Assembly: GCA_965243025.1 (NCBI GenBank)
Contig: CBDETY010000003.1
Span: forward strand, 2,400,001 to 2,464,000
Length of the DNA: 64,000 bases
Reading direction: 5' to 3'
Source: Candidatus Latescibacterota bacterium
GTDB taxonomy: Bacteria > Latescibacterota > UBA2968 > UBA8231
Numbering within the stretch: the stretch's first letter is position 1; each line of letters starts with the position of its first letter. Shown here one piece after another: positions 27,994-36,600 of this stretch. Position numbers and translations under genes: made by a program. Under the pieces are notes generated by a model that saw nothing but the letters and a program-made list of their open reading frames with translations, had not been told where the DNA came from and ran no database searches.

Positions 27994-29979
27994 ATGGGTG
28001 AGGAACAACAGCATCGCCTGGCGCTGCCGAAGGGGACTCGCATTCGCGACTTCGAGTTCCACCGGGTTCTCGGCCACGGCGGGTTCGGGATCACCTACCT
28101 GGGGTGGAACATCACCCTGGATATTCCCGTCGCGATCAAGGAGTACTTCCCCTCGGACCTGGCTACTCGCGAACGGAACCTGTCCGTCGTTCCGCAGACA
28201 GCCCAGGCTGCCCCTGATTTCAAATGGGGCCTCGAGCGCTTCCTGGACGAAGCCCGCATCCTCGCCCGCTTTCAACACCCCGGCATCGTCCGCATCCATC
28301 ACTTCTTCGAAGCCCACCGCACCGCCTATATCGCGATGGAATACGTGGAGGGAGAAAGTCTGTCCGCATATCTGAAGCGCAAGGGAACCCTGAGCGAAAA
28401 GGAACTGAAAGGAATATTGGATCCGTTGCTGGGCGCTTTGGAAGTGGTCCATCGAGCAGACTTTCTGCACCGGGACATCAAGCCCGCCAACATCGTCCTC
28501 CGGGCAAAGGACGGCTCCCCGGTGTTGCTGGACTTCGGCGCGGCGCGTCAGGCAATGGGCGCCAGGAGCCGCTCGGTCACGTCGATAGTTACCCCGGGGT
28601 ATGCGCCGATCGAACAGTATTCGACCCGGGCTGCCCAGGGAGAGTGGACGGACATTTACGCCCTGGGAGGGGTCTGTTATCGGGCGTTGACTGGAGAGAG
28701 CCCCTTCGATGCAACCGACCGGATGCGGAACGACCCGCTGGTTCCGGTGGCGCAACGATGCGCGGGCAAAGCCAGTCCGGGATTTCTCGCGGCGATAGAT
28801 GCGGCCCTGGCGGTCGATGCCCCGGACCGTCCCCAGAGCATTCCGGCGTGGCGAGAGTCCTTCAGCGATGCCGGGAAAGTCCGCAGGCCCCGGAAGAACC
28901 TCCCATACAGGCTTGTTGCAGCAGCCTTGGGGTTGGTTGCTCTCCTGATCGGTGGCGAAAGGTATATGGAGCACGCCGCACAGGCGGCAGCAGAGGAGAA
29001 ACGGCTGGAACAGGAAACGCTGGAGAGACAGGCTCGGGAGCAAGCCGCCCTGGAGAAACAGCGCCGGGAAAAGGAAGCGTTGGAGAAACAGCAACGGCGC
29101 AAACAAGCGTCGCTGAAGGAAAAGCGTCAGGAACAAGCCGCCCTGGAGGAACAGCGCCAGGACCGGGCGGCGTTGGAGAAGCAGCGGCGGGAAAAAGCGG
29201 CGCTGGAAATACAGCGTCAGGAAGAGGCGGTACTGGAGAAACAACGTCAGGAACGGGCCGCGTTGGAGAAGCAGCGGCGGGACGCTGCATTGGAAAAGCA
29301 ACGCCTGGAAGGTGCGGCATTGGAGAGACAGACTCAGGAACAGGCATTTGTTGCAGAGGTGGGACGCCCCCCCAACCCCGGTGGGATGAACAACGGCGAC
29401 ACCGATCTGCATACCGCCGCCCGGTTGAACCTGCCCCTGTTGACGGTATCCCTGCTCGAGCAGGGAGCTGATGTCCACGCCGGGAACAAGGACGACTGGA
29501 CACCCCTCCACGTTGCCGCCGGGGAGAACGCTTCGGCATCCGCCGAAGTCCTGCTTCAGCGGGGAGCTGACGTCCACGCAAAGAACAAGGACGGCTGGAC
29601 ACCCCTCCACGTTGCCGCCAGGGAGAACGCTTCGGCAACGGCCGAGCTCCTGCTCGAACAGAAAGCCGATGTCAACGCCAGGGAAAAATTGTTCGGCTGG
29701 ACGCCGCTGCACCTGGCCGCGGCAAAAGAGGATGCTTCTGCAACCGCCGAGATCCTGCTGAAACAGAAAGCCGATTTGAACGCCAGGGACAAATTCGGCT
29801 GGACTCCGCTGCACTCTGCGGCATCCAACAATTCTTATGAGACAGCCGAGGTTTTGTTGAACAGGGGGGCCGATGTCAACGCCAAGGACAATCACGGCTG
29901 GGGACCGCTCTACTGGGCGTCGCGAAAAAATGCCTCCGAGGCCGCGGCCGTCCTGCGCAGTCACGGCGCTCGACAGTAA
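27994..29979 (+). CDS. Hanks-type Ser/Thr kinase with TM helix, 12-aa charged repeats and C-terminal ankyrin repeats
   Basis: LGHGGFGITY, AIKEY, HRDIKPAN, DFG, GYAPIEQ, DIYALG; TM LVAAALGLVALLIGG; AALEKQRxE repeats; about 5-6 TPLH-type ankyrin repeats. Confidence 0.93.
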   Translation: MGEEQQHRLALPKGTRIRDFEFHRVLGHGGFGITYLGWNITLDIPVAIKEYFPSDLATRERNLSVVPQTAQAAPDFKWGLERFLDEARILARFQHPGIVRIHHFFEAHRTAYIAMEYVEGESLSAYLKRKGTLSEKELKGILDPLLGALEVVHRADFLHRDIKPANIVLRAKDGSPVLLDFGAARQAMGARSRSVTSIVTPGYAPIEQYSTRAAQGEWTDIYALGGVCYRALTGESPFDATDRMRNDPLVPVAQRCAGKASPGFLAAIDAALAVDAPDRPQSIPAWRESFSDAGKVRRPRKNLPYRLVAAALGLVALLIGGERYMEHAAQAAAEEKRLEQETLERQAREQAALEKQRREKEALEKQQRRKQASLKEKRQEQAALEEQRQDRAALEKQRREKAALEIQRQEEAVLEKQRQERAALEKQRRDAALEKQRLEGAALERQTQEQAFVAEVGRPPNPGGMNNGDTDLHTAARLNLPLLTVSLLEQGADVHAGNKDDWTPLHVAAGENASASAEVLLQRGADVHAKNKDGWTPLHVAARENASATAELLLEQKADVNAREKLFGWTPLHLAAAKEDASATAEILLKQKADLNARDKFGWTPLHSAASNNSYETAEVLLNRGADVNAKDNHGWGPLYWASRKNASEAAAVLRSHGARQ

Positions 29980-30080
29980 AAAAAAGACGGCCGGGGTTTA
30001 TTCAGAAACATGGCACACCACAACCGAGTGACTCATTCGCTCACGGCCTCCCGGCACAACCGCCAACTGAGGACAGGCCC

Positions 30081-33000
30081 ATGAAAACCTGGTTGTACAA
30101 ACCCGCCTGTCTGGCGATAGCGGGTCTTTTTCTTTCGCCTCGCGCAGGCCATGTCTCCCCCTTCCCTATCGACTGGTCGATCTCCTGCCGGCCGCTCGAC
30201 GCGGAGCAGTGGGAGGAAGGTCACCCCGGCGGCCATGCCGCCAAGTTGCTCTCCGCGAACGCCGACCAGACGCGCGACGTGAAGTTGATCTACTTCATTC
30301 CCAACGACCGCACGTTCGACTCCGACGTGGTCGACTCGATAAAAGTCAGGATTCCCCGCATCCAGACTTTTTTTCGGGACCAGATGCAGGCGCACGGCCG
30401 CGGCACGAAGACCTTCCAGTTTGAAACCGACGCCCAGGGAGATCCCGTGGTGCATCGCGTGGACGCGCCGAACTCCGACGACAGCTATCTCCGCTCTTAC
30501 CGTAGGGTCGGCATCGGCAACGTGCTCAGGGATCTGAGACCGGCGTTTGATTCCAGCAGCAGCATTCTGTTCATCGTCGCCGACCACAGCACCTACGACA
30601 ATCTCGGTTGGGGAAACGTGGCCGGGTTCGGCGGGCGGGCAGGCAAGAACAGCGGCTACGCCCTTGTTCCCGCCAGCTTCATTGACGAAACCGCGGCTCA
30701 CGAACTCGGCCATGCCTTCGGGTTGCAGCACGATTTCAACGACAATGCCAACATCATGTCGTACGGCCCGGGATGGAACCGGTTATCCGCGTGCAGCGCC
30801 GGGTTCCTGGCCGCGCATCCCTACTTCGATTCCGGCGTCCCGATTGAGGAGCAGCAGACCTGGGACCTTCTGGCGCCGGCCGTCGATCTCGTTTCCCCCC
30901 TCAGGTATGCGGCGGGCTCAAAGAGCTTGTCAGTTCAATTCAGAATCACCGCCCCGGGAAATCCGGGGCTTCACCAGGTGCTTTTCTTCCTCAAATCAAG
31001 GGCGCCCCACCCTGCCGCCGGATCGCATGAAGTAAAGGGATGCCATGACCTGCATGGCGTGCAGGATACCGTCGTTGTATTCCAGCATGACGGGGTGATC
31101 CCGTCGAAGGGCTCGGGAAATCTTTCCGACTCCCCTGCGCATTACCTGTCCGTACAGGCAGTCGATACCGATGGGAACGCCAATTCCGGCCCTTATAAAG
31201 ATTCTCATTTCGTTCTGGCGGAAGATTCTCCCCACCACCTCGCCACGCTTTTCAGGTATACGCGGGATACTTCGCCCGAGATCTATGGCGCGAAGTTTTC
31301 ACGGGACGGAACGATCCTGGCCGTCAGTTCGTCCGCGGGAATCCAGATCTGGAACACGGCGACTCGAGCCGCGGTCGGAAGTCTCAGCGGGGGAAGCTCC
31401 TGCCTGGCCTTTTCGCCCGACGGGACCACCCTCGCCTCCGGGTCCACCAGAACCGACGAGGCCAACATCGAGCTGTGGGACGTGGCCAACAAATCTCTGA
31501 TCGCCACCCTTCCGGGGCATACGGGAGGACCTACGGGGGTCCATTCCGTGGCGTTTTCGCCCGGCGGGGACACCCTCGCTTCAGGTTCGGGGGATCAGAC
31601 CATCAAGCTGTGGGACGTGGCAAACCGAACCCTTATCGCCACCCTCACCGGGCATGCGAGTCATGTCTTCTCGGTGGCCTTCTCGCCCGACGGTACGCTC
31701 GCTTCCGGGTCGCGGGACGGCGCCGTCAAGCTGTGGGACGCGGCATCGCAAACCAGTACAGCCACCCTGGAGGGAAATACAGGCAGGGTCCTCGACGTGG
31801 TGTTTTCCCCCGATGGATCCCTCCTCGCAGCGAGCACGGACGGGCCGATGCTGCTGTGGAACGTGGCGGCGAGAGATACGACCGCCGCCCTTCAGGGGCA
31901 CGGAGAGCCGTCGTTTTCTTCGGACGGGACCATCCTTGCCACCGGGGCAAGCCTGGGGGAGGTCCTGCTGTGGGACCTTGCGACGAAGGCAATCACCGCA
32001 AAACTCGGGCATCCGGACCGGCTGGAGGACGCCTGGGGTTTCGGGATCAACGGGGTGTTTTCTCCGGACGGTTCCCTGCTCGCTTCGGTCGGGCTGAACG
32101 GGATCGAGCTGTGGGACGCGTCGGAGTGGACGGGAGTCTCTCCTGTCGCCTCCGCGCCCGCCCACCCGGACAGTGTCGCGCTGGCTGCGCTGTACGATTC
32201 CACCAACGGGGCGGGTTGGCAGGACAGGACGAACTGGCTCAGCAGCAGGCCCCTCGGCGAGTGGGAAGGCGTCTCAACCAACAGCCTCGGCCGCGTCAAC
32301 GACCTGGAACTCAGTTGGAACCGGTTGAGCGGGACGATACCGGCCGAGACAGGCAACCTCACCTTCCTGTCCTCCCTGTACCTCTATGTCAACCAGTTGA
32401 GCGGCTCGATTCCTCCCGAGCTGGGCAACCTGTCGAATCTGATTTACCTGGAAATCAATCACAACCGGTTGAGCGGACAGATTCCCCCGGAACTGGGGAA
32501 TCTGTCCAGGCTGGAACGGTTGTGGCTGCAGAGTAACCAGTTGAACGGAGTGATCCCCTCCGAGCTCGGCGGGCTGACCAACCTCAAGAAACTGAATCTC
32601 GCTGGCAACCAGTTGAACGGGGCCATACCGGTGGAATTGGGAGACCTGACGAACCTGACCAGCCTGGGGCTCTCCAACAACCGGTTGACCGGATCGATAC
32701 CGGCGGAGTTGGGGAACCTGACCAACCTGACCAGCCTGGGGCTCTCCAACAACCAGCTGACCGGGGCCATACCGGCGGAACTGGAGAACCTGACCAACCT
32801 GACCCACCTGTACCTGGCCGGCAACCAGTTCACCGGGTGCATCCCCGCGGGCCTGCGGGACGTGGCGACCAACGACATGGGTACGCTCGGCCTGTCCGAC
32901 TGCGGCCAGGAACAAACCCGGGCTGCCACCGACTTCAACGGCGACGGCAAGACCGATTTCGTCGACTTCTTCCAGTTCATCGACGCCTTCGGCAGCACCG

Positions 33001-33407
33001 ACGCAAAGTTCGACCTCGACGGAAGCGGCACGGTCGATTTCGTCGACTTCTTCATGTTCGTCGATGCCTTCGGCCAGTCGGGGCAGGCCAAGCTGGTGGC
33101 CCTGGCCCAGGAGATGCTAGGGCTACCCGCCGGCCCGGAACTCCATCAGAACGCCCCCAACCCCTTCAACAGCGAGACCGTCATCTCCTGGTTCCAGCCC
33201 GACCCGGGGCCGGCGCGAGTGGAGGTGTTCGCCCTGACCGGACAGCGGCTGGCGGTTCTGCACAAGGGGCCGCTGCAGGCAGGTCGCCAGCGCGTTCACT
33301 GGGATGGCCGGGACGAAGAGGGCCGGCCCCTGGGCAGCGGCGTCTACCTGTACCGGCTGGTGACGGAAGAGGGCGCTTTGACTCGCAAGCTCACCCTGCT
33401 GCGATAG
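30081..33407 (+). CDS. Secreted metzincin-type peptidase + WD40 + plant-type LRR + dockerin-like + FlgD/T9SS-CTD-like protein
   Basis: HELGHAFGLQH...IMSYG, WD40 repeats, DSVALAALY cap with LSGxIPxELGNL LRRs, shared C-terminal cassette. Confidence 0.9.
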   Translation: MKTWLYKPACLAIAGLFLSPRAGHVSPFPIDWSISCRPLDAEQWEEGHPGGHAAKLLSANADQTRDVKLIYFIPNDRTFDSDVVDSIKVRIPRIQTFFRDQMQAHGRGTKTFQFETDAQGDPVVHRVDAPNSDDSYLRSYRRVGIGNVLRDLRPAFDSSSSILFIVADHSTYDNLGWGNVAGFGGRAGKNSGYALVPASFIDETAAHELGHAFGLQHDFNDNANIMSYGPGWNRLSACSAGFLAAHPYFDSGVPIEEQQTWDLLAPAVDLVSPLRYAAGSKSLSVQFRITAPGNPGLHQVLFFLKSRAPHPAAGSHEVKGCHDLHGVQDTVVVFQHDGVIPSKGSGNLSDSPAHYLSVQAVDTDGNANSGPYKDSHFVLAEDSPHHLATLFRYTRDTSPEIYGAKFSRDGTILAVSSSAGIQIWNTATRAAVGSLSGGSSCLAFSPDGTTLASGSTRTDEANIELWDVANKSLIATLPGHTGGPTGVHSVAFSPGGDTLASGSGDQTIKLWDVANRTLIATLTGHASHVFSVAFSPDGTLASGSRDGAVKLWDAASQTSTATLEGNTGRVLDVVFSPDGSLLAASTDGPMLLWNVAARDTTAALQGHGEPSFSSDGTILATGASLGEVLLWDLATKAITAKLGHPDRLEDAWGFGINGVFSPDGSLLASVGLNGIELWDASEWTGVSPVASAPAHPDSVALAALYDSTNGAGWQDRTNWLSSRPLGEWEGVSTNSLGRVNDLELSWNRLSGTIPAETGNLTFLSSLYLYVNQLSGSIPPELGNLSNLIYLEINHNRLSGQIPPELGNLSRLERLWLQSNQLNGVIPSELGGLTNLKKLNLAGNQLNGAIPVELGDLTNLTSLGLSNNRLTGSIPAELGNLTNLTSLGLSNNQLTGAIPAELENLTNLTHLYLAGNQFTGCIPAGLRDVATNDMGTLGLSDCGQEQTRAATDFNGDGKTDFVDFFQFIDAFGSTDAKFDLDGSGTVDFVDFFMFVDAFGQSGQAKLVALAQEMLGLPAGPELHQNAPNPFNSETVISWFQPDPGPARVEVFALTGQRLAVLHKGPLQAGRQRVHWDGRDEEGRPLGSGVYLYRLVTEEGALTRKLTLLR

Positions 33408-33608
33408 GGATCCAAACCCCCTGCAATCCGGTCCACCGCCGATGACTTCGGCGCAGATGGTTCGAGTTCCGGAACAGAAGGCAGCCCCACCCTTCAGTGC
33501 CGTCGGAGTAATGGGAAACTGCATGGACCAAGGGCGCCTGACCCGAGGTGCTTCTGAATGGAAGTGTTGGACCAACCCCCAGCCCCCACCAAGGAGGGGT
33601 GCAGAGTC

Positions 33609-36600
33609 ATGAAAACGCCTGCTGTGAATCACCAATTCCCTCAGCTGGTTCCAGGATTGCTGCCTTTCTGCGCAGCCTTTCTGCTCGCCGCGGGGGCAGC
33701 GGATGCCTCCACGGTTTCCTACGACAGCGACGACGACGGCCTGATCGAGATCAGCACCCTGGCGCAGTTGAACGCCATCCGCTGGGACCTGGACGGCGAC
33801 GGCGCCGCGGACAACGGTTCGAACGCATCCGCTTATACCAGAGCCTTCCCCAATCCGGCTGCGGGAATGGGCTGCGCCGCGGCCGACCACGATGGACATT
33901 CGGCCACCCCGGACGTGCCGGTCTGTACCGGGTACGAGCTGAAGGTGGACCTGGACTTCGACACCGACGGCGATGGCGACATGGATGTGGGCGACGAGTA
34001 CTGGAACAGAGGCGCGGGCTGGGAGCCCATAGGCAGTTCCGGAAACGAATTCATCGCCACCTTTGACGGCGATGGGCACACCATCACCCGCCTGTACATC
34101 GATCGCTCCTCAAGCCGGATCGGTCTGTTCGGGGTTGTCGGCGACGGCGGGCAGGTGCGGAACGTGGGAGTTCGAGAGGCCAATGTGACCGGCTCGGGCA
34201 AAGGGAGCATTGTCGGTGGGCTGGCGGGAAAGAACGCCGGCATCATCACCGGGAGCTATGTGACGGGGTCCGTGACAGGCACGGGATCGGGCAGCAGCGA
34301 AGTCGGGGGACTGGTTGGCAGGAACGCAGGCTCCAGCGGCGCCAGCCGCAGCATCGTCGCCAGCCATGCTTCGGCGTCGGTGACCGGCTCGGGCAGCCAT
34401 GGCCGGGTCGGTGGGCTGGCCGGGTACAACTACGGAAGTATCCGCGCGAGCTATGCGACCGGGGCGGTGAGGGGTACAGGCAGCAATTCGGAAGTCGGTG
34501 GACTGGTGGGGTTTCACAACGGCGGGAGCATCGCGGTCAGTTATGCGTCGGGCGCGGTCACCGGCGGGAGCCATGTCGGCGGGTTGGTGGGCAAGAACTG
34601 GGGCGGCGGCATCTGGGCCTGCTATGCGTCGGGCGCGGTGACCGGCGGTAACTACGTGGGCGGGCTGGTGGGGGAGATCCAGGGGAGCATCCGAGCGAGT
34701 TACGCGACAGGCTGGGTGACGGGGACGGGAACCTACGTCGGCGGGCTGGTGGGAAGAGACTACGACCTGGTAATCAACAACAGCTCCTCGTTCATCGGCA
34801 ATTGCTACTGGAATACCACGACCTCGGGAAAGGTGTCGAGCGCCGGAGGGGAAGGCAAGGCCACAGCGGAACTGCAGACCCCCACCGGGTACGCGGGCAT
34901 CTACGCGGAATGGAACCTGGATCTGGACAACGCGGACGGCGACCGCGATGCGACCACCGGTGGCGACGACCCCTGGGACTTCGGGACCGCGCAGCAGTAC
35001 CCGGCGCTGCGGGCGGATTTCGACGGCGACGGCACGACTACGTGGCGAGAGTTCGGAGAGCAGAGGCCGGACGCCGCCCCGCCGGACGACGCGGGTTCCC
35101 CGAATGACGCGACGCTGAAAGCGTTGGGAGTCAGTCCCGTGGACATCGAGGGTTTTGCCGCCGACGTGCGCACCTATCAAATCGGCGTGGACAACGAAGT
35201 CAGCCAAGTGACGGTTACGCCCTACCTGAATGACGAGGCGGCGACCGTCGACATCAATGGAAGTTCGGTCTCCAGCGGATCCGGTCACGCCGTCTCGCTC
35301 GCGGAAGGGCGAAACGAAATCACCATCACGGTAACCGCGCAGGACAGCACGACCACTAAAGAATACATCATTGTTGCGGGCAGAGGCTCCAACGCCCCCT
35401 TTGCCTGGAAGGTTACTGATGACTTTGGGGCGCGTCTCCCGTTTACGGAACCCTACGGTATCTGGTCAAGCGGCACGACTATGTGGGTGATGCACACATC
35501 GCTTTTTTTCAGGGATCCCGGCGAGACTTCGAAGTATACGACGCTTCAAGCATATGGAATGTCCACGAAAGAGCAAGGGGTGTCCTTCCATACTCTGAAA
35601 ACTTGGGGAAACGACGATCCCCTGGGCATTGCATCAGATGGAACAACCATGTGGGTTGCGGATCATTACGATGGCAAAATATACGCCTACCGGTTGTCCA
35701 ACTACTCAAGGAATCTGTCCAGGGAAATAAACGGTTTGGTTCTCGCAGGAATTACCAAGCCCAAAGGCATAGCCGTGGAACCCGTCCTGGGCGGGTTCTG
35801 GGTCGCCGATGATGCCGACGATAAACTATACGCCTACAATCGGCACACCCTGAGGCGAATCCCCAATGCGGATTTCAACACCCTCGCCGCCGCCGGGAAT
35901 AACAATCCGACCGGCATCTGGACAGACGGTACGACCATGTGGGTTGCTGACAGTCTCGACGCCAAGCTATACGCCTACGACAGGAGCTCCAAAGCCCGCG
36001 TTCCATCCAAAGACTTCAACACTCTGAGGGCTGCGGGTAATACAAGGCCTTGGGGCATCTGGTCTGACGGCGAGACCATGTGGGTAACCGATTGGTGGGA
36101 TAAGATATTCTCCTACAACATGCCCGACTTTTCGGACGCGACGTTGAGCATGCTGACCGTGAGTCCCGCGGGCATCGCCGGCTTCGACAGCGAAGTGACG
36201 GCCTATCACGTGGGCGTCGCCAACGACGTGACGCAGGTCTCGCTAATTCCAACCCTTACCCTGTCAGGTGGCACAATCGATCTCGACGGGAGCAGCGTCG
36301 CCAGCGGCTCCTCCCATTCGGTCTCACTGTCAGAGGGGCGAAACGACGTCACCATCACGGTAACCGCCGATGATGGCCGGACGACCGAAGTCTACACCGT
36401 AACCGTAGGACGGAGCGACACCACGGCCTACGGGTGGAACGCCGCTGAAGACTTCAACACTCTGTACTCCGCAGACAACGATTTCCCGACAGGCCTCTGG
36501 GCGGACAGCACCACGATCTGGGTTTCCGATCTGGATGGCAAACTCTACGCCTACAACAGGTCTACCAGGGCCCGTGACGCGGCGAAGGACTTCGATGCGT

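Noticed and set aside
26392-29979. Type VI secretion cluster (fha-pppA-ppkA)
   Set aside because: No tssB/C, hcp, vgrG, clpV or tssJLM genes in the window; only the signalling analogues are present.
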